A stretch of DNA of 64,000 bases from Centroscyllium fabricii (taxonomy: Eukaryota). The stretch lies in the NCBI GenBank assembly GCA_051313645.2, contig JBNRSN020000002.1, positions 402,690,001 through 402,754,000 on the forward strand, written 5' to 3'. How positions within the stretch are numbered: the first letter of the stretch is position 1; each line of letters begins with the position of its first letter. The notes under the pieces are model-generated. The model ran no database searches. It was given only the letters and a program-made list of their open reading frames with translations, and was not told the DNA's origin. The translations under genes and the position numbers were made by a program. Shown here one piece after another: positions 48,941 through 61,370 of this stretch.

Positions 48941-49637
48941 CGATCTCCATCTGCAGTTTCTCTCCAGTCTTAACCACTACGACCTGGGCCTGCCAGGGGC
49001 TGGTGCTGGCTTCAATTATCCCCTCCTGCAGCATACGCCCGACTTCCGACCTGATAAATGCCCGGTCCCCCGCACTGTAACGCCGACTCGTGGTAGCAAT
49101 GGGTTTGCAGTTGGGGTCGAGATTGGCGAAAAGTGAGGTGGGGGGTCGACTTTCAGTGTGGTTAGGCCACAAGTCGGACTCCGCTTTAGGAAGGGATTGT
49201 CCCGGCTACTGACGGCGAGGGGGGCCAGGGTCCCGCCGAACGTCATTGTCACCCTCTTCAGGTGGCACTGGAAATCCAGTCCCAGTAAGACTGGTGCGCA
49301 CAACTGCTGGAGGATGTACAGTTTAAAATTACGGTACACGCAGTCCCTGACCGTGAGCGTGACCGAGCAGTAGCCGGTGATGTCCGCCGTGTGGGACTTT
49401 GAAGCAAGGGAGATTTGGTAGTGCGTGGTAAGGGTCTGCAGTGCATAGCGCTGCATTGTGTCGGGGTGAATGAAGCTCTCTGTGCTTCCGGTGTCGAACA
49501 GGCAGTTGGTGATATGGCCATTAACTTTAATCCCCATCATGGAATTTGATAGGGTGTGCGGCCTAGCCTGGTCGACAGTGGCTGAGGCCGAAGTGTGTGT
49601 GTGTGTGTGGGGGTCCTCCGCTAGCTGGGGCCGTGCA

Positions 49638-49985
49638 CAAGATGGCGGCGCCCGTGGTTCGCACGCGGCCGACCGCGGTGGACAAGATGGCGGTGCCGGG
49701 GGTCGCACATGGCTGGCCGTTGAAGACAAGATGGCGGCGCCGGGGAGTCGCACATGGCTGGCCGTTGAAGACAAGATGGCGGCGCCGGGGAGTCGCACAT
49801 GGCTGGCCGCTGAAGACAAGATGGCGGCGCCGGGGAGTCGCACATGGCTGGCCGCTGAAGACAAGATGGCGGCGCCTGTGATTCGCACGCGGCGGGCCAC
49901 GGTGGATGCGATGACGGTGCCCGTGGTTCGCACGCGGTGGACCGCGGTGGCCGAGTTGGTGGCGCCCGTGATTTGCACGCAGCAG
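49638..49985. repeat. 45-bp tandem repeat in the Gag-PR linker of C
   Basis: Six CAAGATGGCGG sites at 49638, 49683, 49727, 49772, 49817 and 49862, plus degenerate units. Confidence 0.9.
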
Positions 49986-51306
49986 GCCGCGCTGGGCGAG
50001 GTGCCGGCGTTGGTGGGTCGCCCATGGCCGGCCGCGGCCGTCGTTGGCGTGGCGGTGCCCGTGCCGTGTGCGCGGCCGGCCTCTGCCGTATAGGGGTGGG
50101 AGACGGGGGCGCTTGTAATCTGCCCCCGGACCGCTGCTGGGTCGCGCTGCAACAGCAGCTTACCTTAGGCCGTGGGATGACGTTGGAGCTCTCGCAAGCC
50201 GCGCTGTTGTGTCTGGAGCTGGGCGCTGGGGACGATTTGCAGGCCCTGGCGTAGTGTCCCTTTTTGCCACATCTCTCACAGGTCGCGGTCCTCGCGGGGC
50301 ATTTCGCTCGCGGATGCAGTCCCTGGCCGCAGAAGTAACATTTTCTGTCCGACGGCGTCTTCGCTGCTGCCGCTGCCATTGTAAGGTTCTCGACCTGTCG
50401 TGGGGCCGCCCAGGAATCGAGGGTGTCGTGTGGGCCTTGGCCGCTATACGCCTCTAGCCTGCGGCGTGCTCCATCCACTGCGTTAGAGATGGAGATCGCC
50501 TCCTCCAGTGATAAAGTCTCTTTTTCCAGCAACCGCTGGCGGGCCTGGCTGGACCTGATTACCGTCACGTAGGCGTCTTGAATGAGGAGATTCATCTCCT
50601 CCTGCGCCGTTCGTGGCTGGCAGTCACAGGCCCGGGTGAGGGCTTGAAGCGCCAACAGATACTGTTCGTTCGACTCACCGAGCTGTTGTTGTCTGGTTGC
50701 CAGCACGTGTCTGGCATAGACCGAGTGGACCGGGTGCACGTAGCATGCCTTCAGTTTCTCCACGGCCTCTACGTACGTTGTGGCGCTGCGGATGAAGGAG
50801 TACACCTGGCTGGTGATCCTGGACGAGAGAACGTGTAATTTGTTCCCGTCGGTCGTCGCCTTGGCGGCCGCCATGCATGCCTCAACAAGGATGAACCAAT
50901 GTTCAAATGTGTTGGCGGCGTCTGGTTCCTGTGGATTAATATCCAGCTTTTCGGGTTTCACAGCGCCGCTCTCCATTTCAAAAATTTAAAGTGATTAAAA
51001 TTGACGTATCGTCAATAAGACAAAGACGAGTAGTTACCTTAACTATAGGCTTTTAATCACTTTAGAATGGAGCTAGCCTCCAGTCGAATATCGAGTACAG
51101 AATGAATGGGGGCAGGTCAGACCTCACCTATAAGGCTCTCACCTGAGGTGAGGAGTTAGAGGTGTGGCTGACCTGACCTCGCGACAGTGTCCTTATACAA
51201 AACTATATACATTGCACCCAGCCACTATACATGCTGGTCTGTAGTGTAACTCAACGATATACAATGGTAATCATGATTACCACAGCCCCGTTCCCTGACG
51301 TTCCCT

Positions 51307-51702
51307 GGGCGGCACGGTGGCATAGTGGTTAGCACTGTTGCCTTACAGCACTGGAGACCTGGGTTCAAATCCAGCCTCGGGTACTATCTGTGTGGAGTTT
51401 GCACATTCTCCCCGTGTCTGCGTGGGTTTCCTCCGGGTGCTCCGGTTTCCTCCCACAGTCCAAAGATGTGCGGGTTAGGTTGATTGGCCAGGATAAATTC
51501 ACCCTTAGTGTTAGGGGGATTAAATATGTGGGGTTACGGGGATAGGGTGGGATAAGTGTCGGTGCGGGCTTGATAGGGATATGGGGATAGGGTAGGGACA
51601 GGGTGCTGGGTTTGGATGATCGGCCATGATCTCGTTGAATGGCGGAACAGGCTCGAAGGGCCAAATGGCCTACTCCTGCTCCTATCTTCCATGTTTCTAT
51701 GT
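51307..51702 (+). mobile_element. HE1-like V-SINE, full length
   Basis: GGGCGGCACGGTGGC head, V-domain, CR1 tail. Confidence 0.9.
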
Positions 51703-52854
51703 TAGTGCCCTCAGAGAAGCGTGTAGCGCTTCATTTAGCACTCCAATCATCTCCAGGGCGCTGGAGATGAATTTTGCGGTCGTTGGTGATAATTTCAATT
51801 CAATTCAATTCAATTCAATTCAAGTTTTATTGTCATTGCAGAGTACTAGTACAATACAACGAGACGAAGACTCGACTCTCCCGAGAGTAGTGCAAACAAA
51901 ATAAATAAATTACATGCAAATTGCATACAGTAAAGTTCATTGTCAGGCGTGCAGGTACCGGGCGCTAAATTTTGTGCCCAGTTGATAGTAGCGCCCCAAA
52001 ATGGTCAATCCTGAATTTTCCCCCCTTGATTTTTACTGTTATTTGTAAACTGATTTTCCCAAACTAGAACAACAAAGATCAGTTGCAATGGTTTTTGTGT
52101 AAGCACATGCCGCTGCCCTCACGGAATCCTGCCCCACGACAGCACCTGGATATGAGACCGAACTGTATGAAAGGAACTCAAGAATTAGGGCAGGCATGCT
52201 ATATTTATCCCCAGATTCTGACAGCTTCTAGCTACAGAACTGTCAATCAAGTATCAGAACAAAGATACAATGACAGAAATGGCTCCCATATGGTGTTGAT
52301 TGCTAGTAGCACCCTGCATCTGTTTTAACCAGAGGATGCTGATTGTGATACAATGTGCATCTGGCTAGCTTTTTGAGAAACAAAGCTTCCTTTGATGGTC
52401 TGTCTTCAGGGTTAATAGCATTGTGTCTTGCAGTAGCAACATTGCATAAGCCTAAGGTATCTGGTTAATCAATCTGAACCTGATCAGGGACTGTTTATAG
52501 ACAAAGGTGTAAACAAGAGGCAGCAGACTCCGTTGCACTTCAAAATCAAACCCAGACAGTTTGTGAATCTTTCTTTCACAAAGACAACAGAAACCTACAC
52601 AGAAAGCAATTACAGAAGCCATTTTAAAATAGCAATCACAGCCATAAATTCCTATAAAAAAGTATATAATAAAGATTCATATGATGTGAAACAGGACAGA
52701 TTAGGGTCATCATAGTGTATTACGTGAGAAGGAACACTTTACATTTCATGTATCAGACATTTTAAGGTTAAGTGCGGTTTGGCTAGATGCAAAATGTAGC
52801 TCCCTCTGCTCTGCCCTGACATTGTGACTCATTCCCAACTTTCAACAGACTCCA

Positions 52855-53750
52855 GTTCCAGGCTGCCCCGACGTACCTCGGGGTCAAGCTTGACCGCACG
52901 CTGACGTTTCGCCAACACCTGGAAAACTTGTCCGCCAAGACATCGGCCCGCGTCGCCCTAATACGCCGCCTAGCTGGTACCACCTGGGGTGCCTCGACCA
53001 AGACACTGCGCATCTCCACCCAGGCATTGGTCTTCTCCGCCGCCGAGTACTGCTCCCCAGTCTGGTGCAGGAGCTCCCACACCAAGAAGCTGGACACAAC
53101 GCTCAACACCGCCTTACGCACAGTCTCTGGCTGCCTGCGCGCCACGCCGGTCAACCAACTACCGATACTCGCCGGCATCGCACCACCAACCCTGCGCCGT
53201 GAAGCAGCTGTCCTTGCACTGTCCCGAAAAGCCACCAACGATGAGGACCACCTTCTCCACAAGTTCGTCACAGAGATCCCTCCACGAGCTCGCCTGAAGT
53301 CACGACGCCCATTCGCGGAGCACGCCCACCAGCTCCTGCATTCAACACCCGGTGATGTCACAAAACGAACCTGGCTCAAACGCCGCTGGACGAAGGAATG
53401 GCAGGCAGCAGATCAATCAAGGCTGCACAGATTTGTGGAGGAGCCGGATGAACTACTGGGCATGGACCTCCCTCGCCGGCAGTGGACAATGCTCAACCGC
53501 CTCAGGACTGGTGTCGGCCGTTTCGCCGCGACCATGAAAGGATGGGGACTCAGGGACTCGGCTGTCTGCGACTGTGGTCACCCTGAACAGACAGTCGATC
53601 ACATCATCGAGTCATGTCTAAAACATCGACCACCCAACGGCGAAGCCGGCATAGCTGCTCTAGACGACGAAACGCTAGCATGGCTTTCCTCAACCGAGCT
53701 GGTGATCTGACAACGGGATACTGAAGCAAACGAAAGAAAGAAAGAAAGAA
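52855..53750 (+). mobile_element. 5'-truncated non-LTR retrotransposon, probably Ingi/Vingi-like, with open C-terminal ORF ending at 53710
   Basis: YLGVKLDRTLTF, WGAS..TLR, AEYCSPVW, LNRLRTG, C.CG...QT..H....C zinc finger, (GAAA)n tail, ACTCCA on both flanks. Confidence 0.75.
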
Positions 53751-54780
53751 TACTCCATACTTTACCAGTGTGATATTTTTCACATTTTCTGTATCAGCCA
53801 TTCCCTGGTGTTTCTTATTGTGGATTGCCAAATTTGGGTGATGAACCCATGCTCACCAGGAACTGGAGTGAGATATCCCAAACTCATTATAAATCAGACC
53901 CATACAGAGGGGAAGTTTTTGTCCAATCAGTTTGAGCTGCATTTGAACCTTGGTCTGAGAGCACTGTTTAACCTTCTAACCCACTGCAGCAAATAGTCCC
54001 CAAATAGCTATGTTTACTGGAACAGCATTTCTCAAATGACTGAAATAGGTTATTTGGTTTTATAACAATTTTGCCCAAGCCTTCTGTAATGTTTCCCAAT
54101 ATTATTAGCAGGAAGAAAGATTTGTATTTCTATAGTGCCTTTCACAACCACAAGACCTCCCAAAGAGATTTACAGCCAATGAAGTACTTTTGAAGTGTAG
54201 TCACTGTTGTAATGTAGGAAATACGGCAGCCAATTTCCGCACAGCAAGCTCCCACAAACAGCAATGAGATAATGACCAGATCATCTGTTTTAGTGATGAT
54301 AGTTGAGGGATAGATGTTGTCCAGGACATCGGGGACAATTCCACTGCTCTTCTTCGAAATAGTGCCATGGGATCTTTTACGTCTACCCAAGGGCAGATGA
54401 GGCCTTGGTTTAACGTCTCATCTGAAAGACGGCAGCTCCAACAGTGCAGCACTCCCTCAGTACTGCACTGAAGTGGTAGCCTAGATTTTGTGCTCACATC
54501 TCTGGAGTACCATTATCACAAAAAAGGCACATTAATGGATATACTTCCTGCGCCAGCTTAAGAAACTTAACCTCTCCAAATTAATACTGGTCACATTCTA
54601 CACGGCCATTGTGGAGCCCATCCTCACCTCCTTTGTTAGTGCTTGGTTTTGGACTGCGTCTGCTCGCTCTAAGAACAAACTGCAGTGCATTGTCCGGTTT
54701 GCAGAAAGGGTTATCGGCTGCCATTTGCCCTCCATTGAGGACTTGCACGACTCAAGGGTAAGGAAGCATGCAGGTAAGAT

Positions 54781-55097
54781 CATAGAATCATAGAATCATA
54801 GAATCCCTACAGTGCAGATGGAGGCCATTTCGGCCCATCGAGCCTGCACCGACACATATCCCACCCTAGCCCCGTAACCCCACATATTCAATCCCTCTAA
54901 CACTGAGGGTCAATTTATCATGGCCAATCAACCTAACCTGCACATCTTTGGACTGTGGGAGGAAACCGGAGCACCCGGAGGAAACCCACGCAGACACGGG
55001 GAGAATGTGCAAACTCCACACAGATAGTCACCCGAGGCTGGATTTGAACCCGGGCCCCTAGCGCTGTGAGGCAACAGTGCTCACCACTATGCCGCCC
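54781..55097 (-). mobile_element. HE1-like V-SINE (second subfamily)
   Basis: (CATAGAAT)n tail, V-domain, tRNA head. Confidence 0.85.
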
Positions 55098-55424
55098 GTG
55101 ACCCCTCGCTGACCCCTCTCACCCCCGGTCATCACCTCATTCAAAAGCTCCCCTCTGGTAGATGGTTCAGAGCTATCAGAACCAATAGCACCCGTCATCT
55201 AAACAGTTTCTTCCCCCGTGCCTTGGTCCTTACAAACCATCCATCTGGTCCGTAGCAGCCTTCCCACCCGTTTCCCTCCTTAGCAGACCCCTCACCTCAG
55301 GAAATTGTGGATTGCCCCCCTCAAACCAGATTTTACATCTGATACCTTCTTTAACTACTGTATTTATTTAGTACTATTGTAGATATGCTAATTACTCTGC
55401 AAATCTTGTAAACTTGTATATATT

Positions 55425-55850
55425 TTTTTATCCATTGATGGGATGTGGGTGTCGCTGGCTGGCTAGGCCTGCATTTAGTGCCCATCCCTAATTGCCCTTG
55501 AGAAGATGGTGGTGAGCCACCTTCTTGAAGCATTGCAGTCCATATGGTGTAGGTACACCCACAATGTTGTTAGGAAGGGAGTTCCAGGATTTTGGCCCAG
55601 CGACAGTGAAGGAGCGGCGATACAGGTCCAAGTCAGGATGGTGTGTGGCTTGGAGAGGAACTTGTAGGTGGTGCTGTTCCCATGCGTCTGCTGCCCTTGT
55701 CCTTCTAAGTGGTAGAGGTCGCGGGTTTGGAAGGTGCTGTTGAAGGAGCTTTGGCGAGTTGCTGCAGTGCATCTTGTAGATGGTACACACTGCAGCCACA
55801 ATGCTCTGGTGGTGGAGGGAGTTAATGTTGAAGGTGGTGGATGGATTTGC
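55425..55850 (-). mobile_element. CR1-type LINE 3' fragment
   Basis: HTILTW, KSWNSLPN, FKKVAHHHLL; 3' UTR GGGCAATTAGGGATGGGCA. Confidence 0.75.
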
Positions 55851-56186
55851 AACTCCTCCCCCCCCCCCCAGAGACTCTATTCTTGATATTATAGCTGGTA
55901 ATTTTGTAAATTTGTGTATTTGGTGTATTTTGTTTTTCTTTTTGTGGATTTTATGTATTTTGTAAGTGGACAGCATTATCACCAGGTTCAATTCCTTGTA
56001 CATTTAATATACTTGGCAATAAAGTTGATTCAAATCAATTCAATTCAAACCCACAACCTTCTAACTCAGAGGCGAGAGTGCTCGCACTGCGCCACGGCTG
56101 ACATAAGAGCTTGAAGAATGCAAGCTTCTTTTCATTAAACTAATACAACTGTGACATTTTCTAAAGCAATCTGAATTTTGTAACTG

Positions 56187-56516
56187 TAGGTTGAGCACCG
56201 GTAATCCGGCACCCGATGATCCAGCATGAATCGAAACCGGCGGCCTTCAATTTGTGGAGCAGCCGCCCGGCAGCGCCGCCGTTTCCCGCGAAGGGTGGGC
56301 GAGCGCCAAAGGAATCGGGCATTTGGGTTGCTGGTTTTTCAGTTCTTGTAAGTGTTCTATCCTCGGGCTCCCTCCTGGGGAGTGTTCTATCCGCGCTCTC
56401 CAGGCCCCGGGAAGTGTTCTACCCGTGCGCTCCCCCCGAACCTTCAGTGGTTCGGAATTTTCAGTGGTTCGGCACCGCCCGGTCTCGAGGGTGCCGGATT
56501 ACCGGTGCTCAACCTG
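56187..56516. mobile_element. Tigger/pogo-like MITE
   Basis: 27-bp perfect TIR AGGTTGAGCACCGGTAATCCGGCACCC, TA on the right flank. Confidence 0.82.
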
Positions 56517-56757
56517 TATACATCTATACAACTATCCAGAATACAACAGGATCACTTCTTTCAATGTAACATATAATGCTGTGACAAGCAGTTCCTACTT
56601 TACAGCCACAATCTCATATAGTTGTCCTCAAACAGTATGCGTAGGGCCAGTCCACCTGAATAGCAGTGTAAACCCAAATGCATGATCCTTATCTGCTATC
56701 ATGATCTACATCCTGGCTGACATGATAAGCAAGAAAAATCACCCCTATCTTCAAGTA

Positions 56758-57639
56758 CAGTGGAACCTGTGCAAATGGACACTCCCAAAAAATGGACACT
56801 TATTGACAGTCTCAACTAACTTACATTGTAACATTAACAAGCTGCACCGTGAAACCACAAGCACTCACAAATTACGGATTATGGGCAGCTTTCAATGCAC
56901 CATTTACAACTTTAAACACAGGACAGGCAGGTCAGCGCGAGGCGGCATCGGGTGAAAGGAATGTCTTTTGTGGAATGGGAAGCTCTTTACTCAGCATCCA
57001 ATAGCGCAGAGAAAGCACCTGGGACTGATTGTTCGCACAACTCTACCCCAGGGATAGCGCGGTTGCTCTACCACTACAGGACTCCCCATTCGACAAAAGC
57101 TGGGAACTGCACCGAGTAACAATCTATCTCACTCCACCAGTATGTCAAACACTGATGAGCTGCTAACAGTCCCCTACCTACTCTCCAGCACTTCAAACAT
57201 CTGCAGCTGCAGCACACGAGGGGAGGGGCTCCCAGGCTGGGGTCTGCAGGACATTACTCACCCCCCCCTCCGGAATTTGGTTGGGATCTCCCAGGCACTC
57301 CGGCCCCACAGTAGCCACCTAGCCCTGTGCATGCTGCCAACGTAGCAGATCCCAGGATCAGGACATCACTCCTGGGATGGCAATGAACTGGGAAACCCAG
57401 CAAACAGAAAATGAACTGAAATCACATCCCACTGGCTGGGCATCAGAATTAGGCACGATCCCAGGTGAGGGTGGGAAAAAAAAGAAGGAACACTGCAGGA
57501 GATACAGCCAATCATGGGGTATTTGGCTTATCCAGTTTACTATACATACAATGACCATTTTGAAAATAAGGGCACCGGTTAAAAAAAAAGGACACCTGAT
57601 GCAAGTCCCTTAGATGTCCCTAATTTACAGGTTTTACTG
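56758..57639. mobile_element. Tigger-like non-autonomous element (old)
   Basis: TA-CAGTGGAACCTG ... CAGGTTTTACTG-TA. Confidence 0.6.
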
Positions 57640-58696
57640 TACCTCACAAGCAAGAAAAAACACGCAAACAGATGTGTTATTTACCACAAGAGTGACTGGT
57701 ATGGTGCACACATTTTAAGAAAAAACTGCATATGCCGTAGGCAATCACAAGAGCTCAACATGGTGCTAACAACTTTTTAACCATGATTATGATGGAGTGA
57801 AACAATTAAAGATTCTAGTCCAGTTCCATTAGAAATTTATTCTACAGTTAATGTTTTAAATAAAATCATTTTCCATCTTTGTTCAACAATTTCAGTGCAA
57901 ATTCTTGCATGAACTCAGCATTGAGCAGTGAGCATCACATACTGACCCCATGTAATGCACTCATACAAACTACATCTTGTATTTCTCAAACTAGTTTTAG
58001 ATTTTTATCAGTCATCCAGAAAATATAAGTAATTGTTTTTCAAATTCTGATTTTTTTTAAATATAAGAAGCTGTGGAAGATAAAAAGGAAATGGTAAGTG
58101 AAAACATTTAACTGCAAACCATTCGAATATAAATCAATTCTGGGTCATTTTCTCACCAATTGTTAGTAATATTGGACAATTGAATATGCATTTACTGAAG
58201 TTGAAAGCACCAACCTATTATTCTGTCTTATTCAAACTGACCACAAATGCACACCATTAGCAGAACATGGTAAATTTAAGATCGCATTGATTGGGAAGCA
58301 CTTGACGTGAATGAACGTTTTCTAAGCAATAACATGCAAATTTAATCAACTCTCTCCAACAAAAAAATGATTCCACTAAATGCTTCAGAATCTGCAAACC
58401 TCAAAGTTATTGCAAATGTCTGATTCATCTTTTTATTTTGTGAGAGGAGACATTTCATTGGAATAAAAAGGAAAACAAATATAATCAATTGTCCACTTTG
58501 CCAGAATCAAAGGTTGCTTGTTGTTTTTGATCAAGTGGCGTCATAATGCTAATGAAAATGATCTGATTTTCATCCAAATGTTGCACAATATGGGGAATGG
58601 AGCTGGGAGCTTCCTGGTCTCTCTAGCTCAGTTCAACATTGAACAGTGTACTTACCAACTGAACCACTGAGGAATAATCACTATTGGAATTTCAAT

Positions 58697-59446
58697 GGGG
58701 GAGAAATTCGGTGGCTTGCGCCAGCCGTTAGCACCCTAAGAGGGCTCCTAATGGGGCGCAAGCCTAGCCTGGTGCCTCCCACGATACACAGTGGGGCGCT
58801 GGTGTGTGCGGTAGCCGGTAGCGCCCTGCAGCTCCACGCTGCCGGGGATGACATCATCGGAGTGCGCGGCGCCCCTCTCGCGCCCAGGCCACAAAATTCA
58901 GTTGTGCCCACTGCTGTACCACCTGATGCTGCCCACGACAGCTGCAGGCTGTCGTACTTGCAGCAGGGGAGCGCTACTTAAAGGGAAGGGTGCCGGGCGG
59001 CCATTTTTCTTGCTGGCCGACTGCCAGCACCTTCCCCCTCTGCCGTCCCCGGCCTCCCCCGATGCTCCCCCGCGGAGTGCTGGCTCTGGTCTGTGAGCCC
59101 GTAACTCCCCTCAAGTGCCGGGCTCCTTCGGCGGCATTGCGTCCCACAGCGGTCCAACGGGGCTCCGGCCGGAACCGCGCTAGGCCACTCCCCTTTAATC
59201 AGGGGAGGAAGGCCTGCAGTACTGCGGTGCAGCACTCTGTATAGCGTGGCGCATCAACCCACAGCGGCGGACATTCAGTAGTAGCGCCTAAAGAACGAGG
59301 TCAGGCACCTGCAGTAGCGCCCTACCTCCTACTTTGGGCGCTACAACCGAATAGCCCAAGGAACGGCGCGAGCGTTAGCCGTGCGCTAAAAGTAACGCAC
59401 CGCCGAGGTTAGCGCCAAAAAATAGGCGCCACCGAATTTTTCCCCC
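58697..59446. mobile_element. PIF/Harbinger MITE
   Basis: TIR GGGGGAGAAATTCGGTGGC / GCCACCGAATTTTTCCCCC, TSD AAT, TAGCGC subterminal motifs. Confidence 0.88.
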
Positions 59447-60163
59447 AATGTATCTGATGGTGCAATTTTTAAAAATTAGTTTTGCTGGCCAGTTAGAGTA
59501 TGATTTCTTCCCCAGCCCCCATTGATAACGCCTTTGTAAGATATCATACCATTTGTTTGGATAACACTGAACATTTTATTGATAGTTTGCATTTAGGAAA
59601 AGTTTGTGCCATACAAGCACATCGGCCTAAGTAATACGCCTTCCACAATAAATTTCCAAGTGAAGAAAATTAGCTTAGCTTTGTAGTAGTACCTAATAAC
59701 TCATATTTTACCCGCTTCACTCGATAAGATTGCATTTACAACTAAAAGAGAGTGCAGTTTTAGCAACTTCTTCAAAGAGCAACCCAGTTGCTAAAAATTC
59801 TGATTCTGTATTGCAATCCTTTGGTATTATTATTTCACAGCTGTGCTGGCTGGAGTTTGCTATATAAGCAGTCCTCAGCGTGATATAGTAAGGATAAACA
59901 AGTATTAAATTACATCCTATGAAGATTGTTAAAAAGCTGTGGCTTGAAGCTGTTTAATTGCCTTGACCCAGAAAATTTTAAACCTAAAAGATCTGCCTGG
60001 AAGCTTTTTTTTTGCCTTGTTCCATGCAAATTTAATTTGACCCTTTTGCTCAATCAACCCATTGGAACGACTGATAATTGAAAACTATTTAACTTGCAAA
60101 CAGTGGGGTCTCTCCTTTGCCATATTCTGGTGAAGTGTCCATCTCTGCTCACTTGTCATCCAT

Positions 60164-60312
60164 TCAGTCTGCAATATTGTCATCTCTATTTGTGCAGTGA
60201 CTTTTCGGTGACAGTGCTTCATCTTCCTGATTCATTTCTTTCACCGTGGCTTGGGTCAGCGAGTCGGAATTGAACCATGACCTGGATCTCTCTAATGGGG
60301 CAAGCCCGGCTC
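60164..60312 (-). CDS. Possible last coding exon of an unidentified host gene
   Basis: Acceptor TTGTCATTTTATAG, then open frame AGLAPLERSRSWFNSDSLTQATVKEMNQEDEALSPKSHCTNRDDNIAD*, followed by AT-rich non-repetitive sequence resembling a 3' UTR. Protein not recognised. Confidence 0.4.
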
Positions 60313-61370
60313 CTATAAAATGACAAACTGATTTTTTAAATAAATATCCAGCAATGCTTCATCGTTGTTCAGATAAAATCTTCAACAGCTGCATTTAGCA
60401 GCATCCTTGCAGCTTTTTTGGGGGAAACAATTATGCAAGCGCTGTATGCAACAATAGAGCAGATCAGTCAACTGAGAATAGTAACTAGGAAGTCAAGGCA
60501 CGACTGCAGGTCAAAGCAGCATAGGCAAAACAGATGGGGCAGTGAGTAGAGGCCATGCAGCAATACATACTTATTAGACAAAGCCACATCGGTATGCTTT
60601 GGAAAAAGAATGTTGCAGCTATCTTGCGTATTGTGATATTGATGGCTGAGGTGCCCAATATTTTCTTACACTCTGTGTTGTTCACGTTATGTACTGACAT
60701 TAAAGTTGTAGTGTTCGTTACCTTACTTTTAGGCAACAGAAAGCTGGATTTCAAAATGACTGGAAACACGTTGACAGCAAAATATTTTATTGAAGAAAAA
60801 AGACATTTACATTTACATTTCTTGCCACAAGATTCTTTGTGTTTGCTGCAGCCAGGCACTCCATTTAGCACAAAAGATCTGACAATTTCAGTGTCAATGT
60901 TACATTCACAACATGATCCAGTCCAGATTCATACACATTCTTTCATCTGTGAGAGAAAATTTCAAGCAAGGTCATTGTTGGTCAGTGAATCAAAGTTTGA
61001 AATTATGTCAGTTTAAGCGGAATCCAATTTAAACTTGTGAAAGTACTGATAGTGCCAGAGAACATATTCAGTAATATCCAGAGTAATACGTGTGCATACA
61101 TAGTGACATGAACAATTATATCGTTCTTTCACAGTACGTGATTCTCTATATAGCATTGTTCATGCATACTAAATTCCCACTTTAGAAATAGCACAAGTCA
61201 CTTCCTTGAATTCTTCATGCTTCAAAGCAGCACTGCTGTTGTACTGAACCATACAGACTCTAGGTTCAATCTGTATGTGCTGAGGCAACAAGTGGGACAT
61301 GACATTTGGTCTCAGCATCCCTGATGGCAAGGTTTTCAGTCCCGGTTACTATTCAACATATAATTCAAAA

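Larger units (their letters stand above)
46608..50976 (-). pseudogene. gag-pol of element C, frameshifted
   Basis: gag with two zinc knuckles, PR DTGS, RT YLDN, RNase H, integrase 46608-47651. Frameshifts near 49700, 49140 and 47993, plus a CR1-tail insertion. Confidence 0.9.
46240..51284 (-). mobile_element. Gypsy family C, full length
   Basis: 283-bp LTRs 46240-46522 and 51002-51284, 5-bp TSD GCCCC, PPT AAAGAAGGGGTGAA. Confidence 0.96.
43128..52025. mobile_element. PIF/Harbinger transposon 2 with internally deleted transposase; host of Gypsy C
   Basis: TIRs GGGGGAAAATT / AATTTTCCCCC, probable TTG TSD. HARBI1 N-terminal remnant (RRPYPPR...LSEEQCFRRLRFSKEVV, 43590-43835) is fused to the C-terminal end; convergent Myb-like gene. 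Confidence 0.8.
54510..56046 (+). mobile_element. Rex1/Babar-like LINE 3' part, itself interrupted by a SINE and a CR1-type fragment
   Basis: YFLRQL, FYTAIVEPILT, DPSHPGHHL..LPSGR, NSFFP; AATAAA plus (TTCAA)n tail at about 56018-56046. A similar tail lies on the minus strand at about 51795-51905. Confidence 0.75.
54113..56102 (-). mobile_element. SacSINE1-like SINE split into 54113-54509 and 56047-56102 by nested insertions
   Basis: Body is the reverse complement of 10085-10490; the tRNA head is found about 1.5 kb away. Confidence 0.78.
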
